From the NCBI RefSeq assembly GCF_001194135.2, contig NC_068982.1:42636549-42700548 (forward strand): a DNA stretch of 64,000 nucleotides, given 5' to 3'. The notes below the pieces were generated by a model. That model ran no database searches, was not told the origin of the DNA, and saw only the letters and a list, made by a program, of their open reading frames with translations. This document shows positions 13,136-27,769 of the stretch, piece by piece (position 1 is the stretch's first letter; every line of letters begins with the position of its first letter). The stretch is from Octopus bimaculoides. Its lineage: Eukaryota. The position numbers and the translations under genes are program-made.

Positions 13136-13335
13136 TCTTATATTTGCCATCAGGACGAAGCACAGGGAGACAGTTGCAGTAGTAGTAGTAGTAGTAGTAG
13201 TAATAACAATAACAATAACAATAATAATAATGATAATAATAATAACAACAACAAAGAAACAGCTACGTGCTCCAGCATGACCGCAGCCGCATGGCTGAAA
13301 CACGTAAAAGAGTCAAAGAGTAAAAGAGTAAGTAA
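13012..13335. repeat. (AAT)n and (AGT)n arrays followed by a SINE-B tail fragment
   Basis: Direct repeats; GTGCTCCAGCATGACCGCAG..GCTGAAAC..AAAGAGTAAAAGAG at 13265-13330. Confidence 0.85.
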
Positions 13336-15119
13336 ATATATAAATAAGATTACAAGAATTAAGCAAACAACAACAGGAATAATGTAAACACATCAACTTA
13401 TAGTGAAATATGTTTGGCCGTGAAACATATGTGATATTCATTGTAACCCAAATGACCCTTTCCTTATCAATTATTGTTTATAATAGAACATGTATAACAA
13501 CAAAGGCGAAAAATATATACGAGCAAAGAAAAACAGAGGTAAAATATATTGCACTTGTCGCCATATTTTTTTTTTTACTTTTGTGTTTGTTGACAGATTC
13601 CCTTTGGAAAATCTCCTGTTTTTTTGGTTTTTTTTTGTCTTTTCTCCGTGAAATTTCGACAGGCATGAGATTATCTGGTGAATGTATGGTCACATACAGA
13701 GGGTTTTTATGTGCCCTATTTGTGATGGAATGTAGAATTATGGAAAAGCGATCGAAATTGCTAGTGGAAATTTGGCGATTGGGGATAAAAAAAATTTGTT
13801 GAGAAATAAATGATTTGCTGACATCCAACGGGGTAGCTTCCGGGTTTTTCTATCCAGGAAACCCAGCATTTACATATTGTTATTTACGGCTTTAAGTGAT
13901 GTCATTCAAAGTCCAGATTAAAAAAAAAAAAAATAAAAAAAAAAATACTGAAACGTTTAAGCATGCAAAAGGTGCAAAAAGGAAAAAGAAAACATTTTCT
14001 TTTCTGAAATATAATCACGATGGTAATTGTTACTGAAGTGTTCGAATATTTATTGGTTCATATAGTTGTGGAGGACGTTCAGTATGAATATATATAATCA
14101 ATATTTTCGCCCCAAAATATATCGATTATANNNNNNNNNNNNNNNNNNNNNNNNNNNNNNNNNNNNNNNNNNNNNNNNNNNNNNNNNNNNNNNNNNNNNN
14201 NNNNNNNNNNNNNNNNNNNNNNNNNNNNNNNNNNNNNNNNNNNNNNNNNNNNNNNNNNNNNNNNNNNNNNNNNNNNNNNNNNNNNNNNNNNNNNNNNNNN
14301 NNNNNNNNNNNNNNNNNNNNNNNNNNNNNNNNNNNNNNNNNNNNNNNNNNNNNNNNNNNNNNNNNNNNNNNNNNNNNNNNNNNNNNNNNNNNNNNNNNNN
14401 NNNNNNNNNNNNNNNNNNNNNNNNNNNNNNNNNNNNNNNNNNNNNNNNNNNNNNNNNNNNNNNNNNNNNNNNNNNNNNNNNNNNNNNNNNNNNNNNNNNN
14501 NNNNNNNNNNNNNNNNNNNNNNNNNNNNNNNNNNNNNNNNNNNNNNNNNNNNNNNNNNNNNNNNNNNNNNNNNNNNNNNNNNNNNNNNNNNNNNNNNNNN
14601 NNNNNNNNNNNNNNNNNNNNNNNNNNNNNNNNNNNNNNNNNNNNNNNNNNNNNNNNNNNNNNNNNNNNNNNNNNNNNTATATATATATATAAATTATGCA
14701 CACACACACACACACACACATACACATATGTGTGTGTGTGTGTGTGTGTTGTGTGTATAGAGGCCATCTCTCTCTCTCTCTGTTAGACTCTATATTTCTA
14801 TCAATATGCTTTAAATTAGTAAGTGCAAATGCATGGAACTGTACGTAAACTTCTATGTATATGAACATTTAATTCTATGTATAAATTAGTATACGATAAA
14901 TATAAATGCATGAATCCACATACATTTAAGTCTTCGTTCTCATTTGTTGTATATACTAAAGAGTTCATTATAATTTGTCAATGTAATTTACATTCATTGT
15001 TTTAACAGACAATATAGAAAGATATATTAATATGCATATAATGCTTCCACTAGTACAGTAATACTATAAGATTATCTGATACAATACAAGTTCGTGGGAG
15101 ATATATAGTCAGATATATG

Positions 15120-15207
<88 letters not shown>

Positions 15208-15383
15208 TGTGTGAGTGTGCGTGTATGTATATGAGTATAAATATATATGTGTGTGTACATATATATGTATATATATAAACATACTTGTATACATATACAC
15301 AGACACACAAAACACGCGCGTACACATATGCACACTTATGTATATGTAGACATATATGTATGTATACATGTATTTATGTGTGT

Positions 15384-15433
<50 letters not shown>

Positions 15434-17969
15434 ATGAGTGTGTAATAGTTATTTATAGTACACTCCTTGAAGGACAATCAAATACATCTTTAACATATAC
15501 GTATCGAAAAGAAGGATCTGAAAGGGTATTCAAGCATATGGTGTGGAATGCATTCTTACATGAAAAACGGAACACCCACAGACATGTACAGACTTAGACC
15601 GTAGAAGTTTACCTCCCCGAAAGTAAAGAACTTGAAAATTCGAAACCACTCTTTTCAGTTTGATAAATAAAATAAGATGCAAGCATTAACAACTCCCAAA
15701 CTCCCTGAACAATTACATAAAATCTTTCAAACAATCTCTAAACATCTAAAGGCTTGCAGACAAAACAAAGGATATACATGAACTAAACGACACAACGTGC
15801 TCTAAACTTCCGACATATAACAATAAAGAAATTCATACAAAAAATACGAAAGCAAAAATTCAAGCCCTCCACCGATACACTATAAATATAGAAGTGAAGA
15901 AAAAAAACAAAACAAAGAAAATCTGGTCGCCTAGCTAAAAATAGAGCATCTCGTAGTATACTCCACCATGTATTAAGCATTAAATACCGTATCCCCAATT
16001 TCCTCTCCAGGTGCAGGTTGATTATTGTTGCAAAAAAACGAAAGGGATTTAGTCATCATGTGTATCCTCGATGCCATTAACAATAGAATAAAAAATACTA
16101 AGAGACTAACACTGCAACTCCACCGTTAGTAAGTCGTTCAGGAGTGTTTAAAATAAATCCTTTTATTCAATTTAACATTGTCATCTTTCATCTATTTTAA
16201 CTAAATTAGTTCTCCTGAAAACCATGGAATTTGGGAGAAAATTTACATCGCACCCAGAAACCGTGCTACCGGAATAAAAATGGATGCTCGTAAAAGAATC
16301 ACGAGACCATGATAAGAATGGACACCAGACAAGTGGTTCTTATGACATGAAGTTTCTTATTATGTTGAAAAGTTGGATGGGTTCATTGTTTGGCGTTTCT
16401 ATAGGCAGTTAAAACAAAACAGGAGTATTCAATTTGATACAACGAAGAGCCAGTAGTTTATCAACTTCCTACGGCACAAACTGTAACAATAAGATTTAGA
16501 AAAGAACTGTTAAGAATATTTAAGTAATTTGATTTAAACAACCACTTACAGCACACTAACAGAAAGTAACTTCTTTTTAGGCTGTAAAGACAAACATATA
16601 CAGTTGAGGAAACCAAATACACACGACAGAGTTCCACCAATAATCTGCATTTAACAATCATGCAAACGATATAAGAGTATCTAGCTTGTACTCAGAGAGT
16701 TGCGACACATTACAACGAGTGACGAATAAAAATACAGGGCAACACACTGTATGCATAAAGAACCAGCGGAACTAGGAACAGGAAAGTAATTTGGTTCAAT
16801 TTCCCTTTTAATATGAATGTAGTCGACAGTGTAGCTAGGATTTTTTTAATCGTTTGTAATATTCAATTTCTCATCTTCATATAGATGCAACTATTTAAGG
16901 CATACAGCTTTAGAATTATCAATTATGGTCTGGGTCTTAATAGCATTGCTGCACAGATTTCACAGCAGAATTTAAGACATTCAGCCAGAAAGCCCCATTC
17001 TCAACAAGCAACTTGTGGCAGCAGAAAACCCACAATCGATCTTAGTGAAGCACACCTCTCTAAATGATGGATGCAAAGAAAAATCCAAGTGTCATGTGGT
17101 GAAAAAGTATACTGGTATCTGCACAAAACCTGCAAATACACTCATTCAAATTCAGAGCAAAGGAGAATTCAACATATTCATCTCAATGAATGCGTTTTAT
17201 TCATCCGGAACACGGCGGATTGATCAACTCCATAGAATAACGGTGAAATCTGTGTTGCCTATACTTGACTGAGACATTCTGTATCCTGAAATAGCCAGTG
17301 ATATCACCGAACATATATGAGATACCATCTCTGGTTATTCCACTAGGAGAACTACCAAAAGTTTGATATGTCCATTGAACCCGTATATTGAACCGCATCC
17401 ATTGAACCCGTCCATTGAACCGTATCATAATTGTTGTAACGTAGCCGCCCATCCTGATGCCCGCTAGTCAAACCTGTGTTATGAAACAATATGCAGCAAA
17501 ATTATCAACCGTGATGCAAAAATAAAACAAAACAGAAAACAATCACATTTCATCGTAGGTAGTATGGTTAGAATGAGCACAAATGGAACGNNNNNNNNNN
17601 NNNNNNNNNNNNNNNNNNNNNNNNNNNNNNNNNNNNNNNNNNNNNNNNNNNNNNNNNNNNNNNNNNNNNNNNNNNNNNNNNNNNNNNNNNNNNNNNNNNN
17701 NNNNNNNNNNNNNNNNNNNNNNNNNNNNNNNNNNNNNNNNNNNNNNNNNNNNNNNNNNNNNNNNNNNNNNNNNNNNNNNNNNNNNNNNNNNNNNNNNNNN
17801 NNNNNNNNNNNNNNNNNNNNNNNNNNNNNNNNNNNNNNNNNNNNNNNNNNNNNNNNNNNNNNNNNNNNNNNNNNNNNNNNNNNNNNNNNNNNNNNNNNNN
17901 NNNNNNNNNNNNNNNNACTTAAGTCCAACGAAATATGCTTTTTCTTTCATCCGGGAACATGCCAAAAAC

Positions 17970-18156
17970 CACTGTGTTTATTACATGTGTATAAATCGCG
18001 CAATTTATCCTTTTTTTTTCGATTTTAACTGTAAAATGTACGGCGTGAATTATACACGAATTATACGGAAAAAAATTAAACATATGAAGAGAAAAAATGT
18101 TGTGTCAATATTTAAAACTACATTACGGGTGCGATTTATACTCGAGTACTACGGTA
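17970..18156. mobile_element. Probable pogo/Tigger-like MITE
   Basis: Right end reverse complement TACCGTAGTACTCGAGTATAAATCGCACC; left end shares GTATAAATCGC. Confidence 0.4.
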
Positions 18157-18557
18157 AATGATAATTTAAAAAATGGCTCGTTTACACAGAACTATAAGCT
18201 GACCGACAGCCAGGCAAATGGGCAGAAAGACAGCCATGTCGGTAGAAGAAAGATTCTAAGTGGGGTAGTAACATTAAGTATGCAGTGGTGAAGGCAATGG
18301 TAGTGATAATAATGGTGATAATGATGATGATGATGGTTTGGTCATGGAAGTGGAGGTGGTGATGAAGGTGGTGGTGGCATTGATGACTTTGATGGTGATT
18401 GATAAAACTAATACTTATGATAGTCTTTATATTTATTACTATCGTCACATATACATACACAATGACACATTTGGATCTTTCTCACTGTTCCCCTTATCTC
18501 TCCTCCACACGCTCTTTCTCATTGTGTGTGTGTGTGTGTGTGTATGTGTGTGTGTGT

Positions 18558-18588
<31 letters not shown>

Positions 18589-18767
18589 AATAACGCCGGT
18601 GTTTTAATGGTGGAGATGTTTCTATGTGGCTTGCTTGTTTGTTGTACCTTGTTTATCATGTTGTCCATGTTCTTTTGCCACGTCATGTACCCAGTTATGT
18701 ATCTATATGTACATGTAGATGAAGGTATGTACATACATGTACATATATATGCATATACTCATATATT

Positions 18768-18814
<47 letters not shown>

Positions 18815-18868
18815 NNNNNNNNNNNNNNNNNNNNNNNNNNNNNNNNNNNNNNNNNNNNNNNNNNNNNN

Positions 18869-18916
<48 letters not shown>

Positions 18917-19819
18917 TCTCTATCCATTCGTATATATACACATAAGTGTACATATACAGATATATATATATACATATACATCAGTCATATGTATGCATCT
19001 ATATATGTATGTGTGTGTTCATGCGTGTGTGTGTAAGAGAGAGAGTGTGAACGTGTATATGTGTGTATGTGCATGTGTGCGTGTGTGTGTGTGTGTTGTG
19101 TGTGTGTTGTGTGTGTGTGTGTGTGTGTGTGACCGATGTACATGGCTGATCATCCTGTACTTACATCAGGAGATAACTTTATCTAACGCTGTCTTCTTTG
19201 CAGTAATATTTCCTCATATTTTTTTTTTAAATAACACCAACAAAAAATCCAAACAAGTGTTTATTTACCACTTGTGAACGACATAACAGCGAAAGTAAAC
19301 TTCCAACAAGAAACCAATTGTTTGCTATAGTATTTTGAGATGGCCACTTTTCCTTTCCTGTGAGGTTCAACAAGTCGTGGCGCACACTTTTCATTCCTCT
19401 CTTCCTTTGTGTCTTTTTTTTTTTTTACTCGTCTTTATTTCTTTCTTCCTTCCTTTTTTCTCACTTCCTCTTTTTGATTCATCATCAAAATAAAATCATT
19501 CTTCAGATGATAAAATGGTTATTGTTGATGCTGCGATTAATACCAAGGTTTCTGTAAGAAAAAAAAAAATTAAGAAACAAAAGAAATCAGACAAAATCAT
19601 CTGATGACTTCCGGTATAGTTTAATCGGTTTTATTTATATTAGGTTATTGTGGAGTAGTGGTTAATTCCGGGCGAAATCCATTCTGCTATTCAGTTTCAA
19701 TTTCTAGTTAAGTCTACTTATCGTTTGCGTTACGTATTTTTACGCTAAAACAGCATGAACACCATAACTTCGAGTATATGGTGAATAAACAAACTATCAA
19801 TGTGGTATTAGTTGGTGCA

Positions 19820-19990
19820 ATGTGGCCGAATGATTAAGAGACTTGTGTCGTAGCGATGAACGAAGTCTCAGGTTCGATAGCACTGTGTGGCTGTTCGGTC
19901 AAATGCAATTTTTTAGTCTCAAATGTACCCATATTTTGTGAATGAAATCAGATCGACGGAACTGTATGGAAGCCCATCACGTGTGCAGTA
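19820..19990 (+). mobile_element. SINE head, family-B-like, diverged
   Basis: A-box-like GTGGCCGAATGATTAAG, B-box CAGGTTCGAT, and GATCGACGGAACTGTATGGAAGCCCATC resembling family B. Confidence 0.5.
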
Positions 19991-20094
19991 TCTTTAATTC
20001 GAAAATTACGTTGTGTCATGCTGATTCTGCTTCAGAATTACATTAAATATAGATGTATCTGTTCGGTCACTTAGACGCTAATTCAGGATCGAGT

Positions 20095-20480
20095 TGTTGT
20101 TGGCACTCCGTCGCTTACGAGGTTGAGGGTTCCAGTTGATCCGATCAACGGAACAGTCTGCTCGTGAAATTAACGTGCAAGTGGCTGAGCACTCCACAGA
20201 CACGTGTACCCTTAACGTAGTTCTCGGGGGAGATTCAGCGTGACACAGTGTGACAAGGCTGACCCTTTGAATTACAGGCACAACAGAAACAGGAAGTAAG
20301 AGTGAGAGAAAGTTGTGGTGAAAGAGTACAGCAGGGTTCGCCACCTTCCCCTGCCGGAGCCTCGTGGAGCTTTAGGTGCTTCCGCTCAATAAATACTCAC
20401 AACGCCCGGTCTGGGAATCGAAACCGCGATCCTATGACCGCAAGTCCACTGCCCTAACCACTGGGCCATTGCGCCTCCAC
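20095..20480 (-). mobile_element. SINE family C, near full length, tRNA-derived head
   Basis: Minus-strand head GTGGAGGCGCAATGGCCCAGTGGTTAGGGCAG..GGTTTCGATTCCCAG with A and B boxes. Confidence 0.9.
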
Positions 20481-22699
20481 CTCAGGATCGAGTAATTCAG
20501 TTGATTAAACAACTGAATACTCATTGACAAACAGCTGGAATCCCTACTGCTCGCAGCATAGTAGTGCTAAAAAATCATCTTCTTGCGCAGTCAGAATTAT
20601 ATCTCAGTATGCAAAAACGGCATCTATGTCTCCGCCTGGTTTCTGTTGCTAATTAGAACCAATTTAATTGCATTGTCTACTTACGGTTTACTCTTCGAAG
20701 TTTTTATAAATCGTTTTCATAGTTATTTTAACTTTCATTTTACCTCTGTATGTAAGCTATTTGTTATTTGAGTCCATATTTTATTATTTCAGTACACATA
20801 TACATATACAAATCGAATTCTTTGAATGGTGCCAGATCCAGACCGCTGAATAAAATCTCAGTTCTGCATATTTCTTTCCTTCCATTTATGATTTATTTAA
20901 ACCATCTGAAAAAAATTTCTGAATTCCGAAACTTCAGTTGAGGAAGAAATACCTGATAAAAATATCATGAAGTGAAAGGGGGGAGAATGTTCTTTACATC
21001 AGTGGTTTCTTTTTGAACTCACGACGACGTGCCTTGCATTTTAGCATTAAGGAGAAATGATATCGTGAACTTCACGTTTCTTTCCAAAACCCTACTAAAA
21101 TAAATGATATAAATTTTCTTCAGCAGAAAATCGAAACAGGGTATGTTTCGACTCGTTGAGAGCTTTATCTCATGTCTAACATAGTTACCTCAAAAGGTTG
21201 TATTCCTTATTGTTATTAATTCTTAAACTGTTATGGCTGCTACTAACACACATGGCGCCTGGTTCGAATTTCGCAAATCTCTGTTCAGCATACATACAAT
21301 AGGTAGGATTTATCCGATATATTGTGGAGGAACTATTTTTTCCTTATCTGGAAAGCAATCCTATAGGTTGTCTGATATCAAGACCAAATGCCAAAATAAT
21401 CGTGCTGCTTCCCTTCAGTAGATCTGAGATAAAACAATCATGCTGAGAAATATAACAAGAAATAACTGACCTGACCTTATGTTTTTGTGTATGTGTCGTA
21501 GTTCAAGATCATCAGTATTTTGATGGGCGACTTAGGAAATTTACTTCAAGTCGTGTATATAATGTGTCCTTTATTTTCGTCTTATTTTTCTTAGTTTTTT
21601 TCTCGTATCTTTTTCCATTTTCTTCTTATTTTTATTTTTCGATGTTTTCGTTATTACATTACACATATTGCAAGTTGTGTTGCAGATTTAATAATATACT
21701 TGCATTTTAAGTGCTGCTTCTTTTATTTTTGGCTTCTTTTATTTTGGCGTGATTTTACAATATCACGTATAAAAATTTCTTCTAAAACCTTGTGACGGAA
21801 TTAGTTTGTGACTGCACCTTATTTCTCGATGAGGTACAGACATATAATCAAAACAAAATTCATGCACAATGTCATTAACCCTGCATACTGACCTGTAATT
21901 TCTATTACTTTACAATAAGTTTATTCATGTATTTGAAATAAATTCTTATATCTAAAGATCAATCAACCAATCATATTTCATATATCTTTATAGTTTCAGC
22001 TCACTGCTCAAGACTTTATTTCTAGATAGGTCCACATTATAAGTTAATAATTTTTAAAATTGTGGTTTTGCACTCCAATATTGCTCATATTTGTAGTATC
22101 AAACATGTCAACGCTTAAATATCGTATTAATTTTCTTTCTTTCATTTTGTTTCCCATGTAGTTGTATCAATATTGGATGAAATAAAGTCTTAAATATTAC
22201 AATATAGAAGAAGAAAACTATGAAGATTTGTGATGTTGCAAAAGAAAAAAAATATGATGAGTAACACAATCAAGTTATGAGAACAGTTTTAATACCAAAG
22301 GAAGAATATTTCAGTTATATGAAAGAAAAAAAAATACAACAAAGAACTTCAAAAAAAGTTTTTCGAACAGTACCAACGATCTTATAAATTCTAAAGATAT
22401 AGTTTCAGAATAGTAACAGAATTTTTCAGATGGAATTTGCTTTGGGCACTAAGAACTCTACCCATAGAAAGACCGTTTCTTTAGCAAGTTGTATATTGTA
22501 TAACTAATCCGTTTAAGCTGGAAGAAAGATAGAATCGGTACAGAGTTGAAACGCACTTTCAGAATTTAGTTGCAGCATATTACGTTCTGTATTTAGTCCT
22601 ATTGAGGTTGAATCCACTTTTCATCATTCCTAGGTCGTTAAACGAGTACCATTCAAATCACTGAGGACAATAAAATCGACTATTTTCATGTAAAAATAT

Positions 22700-22810
22700 A
22701 TAAATAAATGAATGAATAAATAAATAAATTATTGAATAAATAAATAAATAAATAAATAAACGAATAAAAAACTAAAAAAATAGATGAATGAATAAATAAA
22801 TGAATAAAAG
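22700..22810. repeat. (AAAT/AATG)n tract
   Basis: Seen directly in the sequence. Confidence 0.85.
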
Positions 22811-23720
22811 GGCTATGTTGCTCACTTTTGAAATTCTAAATTTTCCTACCTTTACAGTTACTGCTATATAGATTGTGCTTAGCCCAATTTTTGTAAATCT
22901 CGTAACGACGAATATACAGTAAAGTTTATGTGGGAAGCGGAGAGGAACAAATGAAATATTCTCAAGAAAGTTTGTCAAAATGATGTGTAAGTATGTGATT
23001 AACAGTAAGAACCAAGCATTTAGAAAGTAAGGCTAAGACTAGATAATATAAAATGAAATGTCGATGTTTGTAAAAGTATGTTATCGTAATCGTGTAAATT
23101 AAAGAAATATAAACCCCACCTTGCTCAGCTCGATTTTATGAGCTTCCTAATATATTCAAATTGAGAGCAATAGTGATGTATGATGTAATAAACAAGCGTA
23201 AAACAAAATGTAGTATCTAGAAGAAACATATCTATATATGCCATGTGGACAGTGTCAGTTGATTGTACTAGGACTCCAGGCGTGTTAAAAAAACACTGTC
23301 TGGCATGCTCTCAGCATATGAAACTAATAATAGCACATAAAATACATATACTGTATTTATTAAATAATATCTATCTCTCGCCAGATGGAGTACCTTTTTG
23401 TTGATTTTACAATCACGGAATTGTACACTATATATATATATATGTGTTCGTGTATANNNNNNNNNNNNNNNNNNNNNNNNNNNNNNNNNNNNNNNNNNNN
23501 NNNNNNNNNNNNNNNNNNNNNNNNNNNNNNNNNNNNNNNNNNNNNNNNNNNNNNNNNNNNNNNNNNNNNNNNNNNNNNNNNNNNNNNNNNNNNNNNNNNN
23601 NNNNNNNNNNNNNNNNNNNCATATTGCATTTAAGGTAATGCTCACATTACTTAAATAAATTGAAGTAGCATGAAACGTGCATACTGCAATCACTTTTGAA
23701 ATCCGTGTTGCTTATTGTTT

Positions 23721-23758
<38 letters not shown>

Positions 23759-25529
23759 GTAAACAAACAAGGTATGCGTTGCGCTACATGGTCATATCAA
23801 GAGTTGAACAGAAAGAACGTAGCAAAGAGAAAAAGTTAGACGAAAGGAGAGGAAACGGAAAACTAGAAGAAAACTTAACGAACGAGAAATTTAGGCAGAA
23901 ACACGATACATGGAATATTCGCAGCTGATTTCCTCGTCAGACAATGAGCCAAAATATTATAACATAGGGGTTTGGCGCCATTTACTATTCAGACAATTCA
24001 ATTTTGGAAGCGCAAGACCATTTAGCGTCTGGGAAAAATCTAACGAAGCATACTAATGTAGAAACAAACAAGACATTATATAGATATAACAGACAAAGAA
24101 TTATGCATATATAACAGCACAAAGCTTACAACTATATAGAACGGAAGAAAAAGAATATACATATATCACAAATACAACAGAAAGAGCATTGCAGCTATCG
24201 ATCGAACTTAGTGGAGTGGCACAAAGACGAAATGGAGAAAGTCCTAGAGGATATAGCAGGAGCCTGCTATGGGTCTCCTGCTATGTCCATCTCAGGAAAT
24301 TATCTATTGGTCCCTGCCCGAAAGTTTTCCGGAGAAGTTCAGCCAGTTAATTTTCATCAAAATCAAAATTTCACCGGGGAGGTCGTCGTTCTCACTCCAC
24401 TTCCTTGTTGCTGCTTGTTATTACCGCTCTGTTGTTATTATAGTTATTACCACTATTGTCTTAATGTTGGTGTTACTGTTCGAAGTCAACACCTCCCACA
24501 CTATAATACATATATAGCAAGTGTTGACCGCGAAAATTACTTTCAACTTTATAATGCACACCCCCTCCTGTTGAGCGGTGAGCAAAGATATAGCCATTTT
24601 GAAATTTTTTCTATATTTCGAAAAACTTTTTTTTAATTCTGCAGCATAGGACAAATAACAATATATAATTAATATCTTATGAGACACATTCTCTCCTCTC
24701 CTTTGTTTTGCCTGACATTCTGGGAGACATACTATCCACATTCATGCACACTCACACTCACACACACTCAAACACACACGTATACACACATACACATATA
24801 TTCACTTCGCTGAATTTTGCAAATAATTTTGCCACCAGTCCTAAAGAGGAAAATGAAAACAGTCGAAAATAAATGACACTTAAACAATGGAAAGGTATTT
24901 GTGTTTCAAAGTGGACAATAAGAAGGGAATGTCTGAATTGAGCGAGTCAACGTGGGAGCATTTACAATGTTGGCCTATTTCTAGAAAAAGCAGTTAAATA
25001 TACTTCAAAACACTCCCTAGTGCCTCAAGAAAGGAAATAAACAGTGGGCATCGTAGTTCTAGATAACAATTTACTGACCAGATGCGGGATGTGCTTGATT
25101 GTATATTTGTTTAACCTATGCTGACCTGGAGTTAAGAACAATAACAATGACCAATGAACATTCCTCAGTCACTGGAACCAAAAGGGGGTCTCTTGCTTTG
25201 CTAGAAATAGTAGCTGATTCTTCTACAAAGCACATCTTACACTCTTGAAGAGGAAAAATTACATTAGATAAATAGTTCTTGTGATTCCATGTCTCAGAAA
25301 TTCGATATGATGGATCTGATTTGAACGCCTTTGATCAAAGAACTGACTTGGGGTTACACAGCAACAAAGACAACAACAGTTTCTCAATATTGTCGTCCAG
25401 TGCGATTCATGTGATCTTTATGTCAATTTATTTCGTATGGCGAGATCATAGTTATTTAAAAGAAAACATTATGAATGTTAACTATATTTTAGTAGTTCAT
25501 CAGTTATTATTTCTTTTAAAATGTAGGTC

Positions 25530-25730
25530 GTGAGTTGGTGGAATTGTTAGCGTATTGGACAGAATGCTAAGTAGTATTTCTGTCTGATCTTTACATTCTG
25601 ATTTCATGTACCACCAGGTTCAGCATTGCTGTTCATCTTTTCAGGACTAGTCAAGTAGTCAAGTTCATGTCATCAACTTTCTCCCTACCCCGAAAATTGC
25701 TACCCTTGTATCAAAATTTAGAACCATAAT
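25530..25730 (+). mobile_element. SINE family A, diverged
   Basis: GTGAGTTGGTGGAATTGTTAGC..TTACATTCTGA..CTTGTATCAAAATTTAGAACC. Confidence 0.65.
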
Positions 25731-27175
25731 TATATCTGAAATGATAATGTATTAGGTTATTTTACAAGGCTATTGAACATATCTTAAAACGTTTCAAATT
25801 AGAATTTGCCTAAGTTGGATTTGTCAGATTCAGTTGCTGGAATGCTGCTTGTTAAAGTATGAATGGTAAATAACCCATTAAATTCACTAATGGTCGACGT
25901 ATAAATTTATGCAATCGGCCTATAAGTGAACATTTGTTACAATTATCTGTATATTACAGCTTCTTATCTATGCATGTAATTATTGGAAAACTGAATCTAT
26001 TTAGATATGTACTATTGCTAAAGTATTATATCCGTGGAAAAAAAAAACCCAACAAACTATTCAATTATTCTCACACAGAGAAAATCTGCCTTGTTTTCAT
26101 TTTTACAAATGTCTACATAAATTATCAGACGTATTAACAAAAGTTGTACACAATAAACCTTACTGTTAATTTATAGTAAAAATGTAGACAGGTATTGTCC
26201 ATTTTTAATACTTCGTCTCTTGTCTATTCAGTATTTCAAGGTCAAATTCGTATTCTAGTAGTTATGAAGAGCGTTTGTGTTCATCTACAAATGGCTATTT
26301 TAACTTTGAAATAATCCTTTATGTTAAGATCCATTCATACTAGTAATGAATGAAATAGTTTGAGATGACTGGGCAAATTGCATACTACATTTAATTATGA
26401 ATAAGCTCCTCTACCGCACTATGTGCCTTATACATCCGTATATCTCTGTGCTTTTTATCCTCCTCCTCCTCCTCCTGCTTATATATATATATATATATAT
26501 ATATNNNNNNNNNNNNNNNNNNNNNNNNNNNNNNNNNNNNNNNNNNNNNNNNNNNNNNNNNNNNNNNNNNNNNNNNNNNNNNNNNNNNNNNNNNNNNNNN
26601 NNNNNNNNNNNNNNNNNNNNNNNNNNNNNNNNNNNNNNNNNNNNNNNNNNNNNNNNNNNNNNNNNNNNNNNNNNNNNNNNNNNNNNNNNNNNNNNNNNNN
26701 NNNNNNNNNNNNNNNNNNNNNNNNNNNNNNNNNNNNNNNNNNNNNNNNNNNNNNNNNNNNNNNNNNNNNNNNNNNNNNNNNNNNNNNNNNNNNNNNNNNN
26801 NNNNNNNNNNNNNNNNNNNNNNNNNNNNNNNNNNNNNNNNNNNNNNNNNNNNNNNNNNNNNNNNNNNNNNNNNNNNNNNNNNNNNNNNNNNNNNNNNNNN
26901 NNNNNNNNNNNNNNNNNNNNNNNNNNNNNNNNNNNNNNNNNNNNNNNNNNNNNNNNNNNNNNNNNNNNNNNNNNNNNNNNNNNNNNNNNNNNNNNNNNNN
27001 NNNNNNNNNNNNNNNNNNNNNNNNNNNNNNNNNNNNNNNNNNNNNNNNNNNNNNNNNNNNNNNNNNNNNNNNNNNNNNNNNNNNNNNNNNNNNNNNNNNN
27101 NNNNNNNNNNNNNNNNNNNNNNNNNNNNNNNNNNNNNNNNNNNNNNNNNNNNNNNNNNNNNNNNNNNNNNNNNNN

Positions 27176-27219
<44 letters not shown>

Positions 27220-27519
27220 GAGATACAATTGATGAATAATAATAATAATGATAATTATCATTGTAAGTAATTAGTTATACCAAATTGAATGACGGAACAA
27301 GGAGAAAGTGAGAACGGTAATAGATGCTACATGCTGAGCCACTGTGAAACATTCGACCGACGAGTGGGTCAGCATGTAGCATCAATTGATTATCACCGTT
27401 CTTACTTTCTCCTTTTTCTTTTTACTTTTATTTACTTTTCCGCTCTGATGAAGTTCCGTGATTCAGTTTGGTATAACTAATTGCTTACAACGATAACTAT
27501 GATTATTATTATTATTATT

Positions 27520-27560
<41 letters not shown>

Positions 27561-27769
27561 TATTATTATTATTATTATTGTGGTGGTGGTGGTTAAAACT
27601 GAGAATCACGCTAACGGTAACAGCGGTAAGTTGAGATTCTGTCTCTTTATAATTAAATTAATAAATGATAATTGATGTAAATCTATTGTTATTCATCAAT
27701 TGTATCTAAATGTTCTGCTTTCCTTGAATATTGATAAACTATAGTTTATTTTTGTCATTACCTATCATT

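Noticed and set aside
23900-23950. Minus-strand CTGACGA with GGAA/TTCC stem as a third hammerhead
   Set aside because: No GAAA follows stem II, so the topology is incomplete.
24211-24636. 141-aa ORF starting MEWHKDEMEKVLEDIAG
   Set aside because: It has a GTG start, no recognisable domain, and runs through low-complexity TAT/TGT sequence. Probably a chance ORF in repeat debris.
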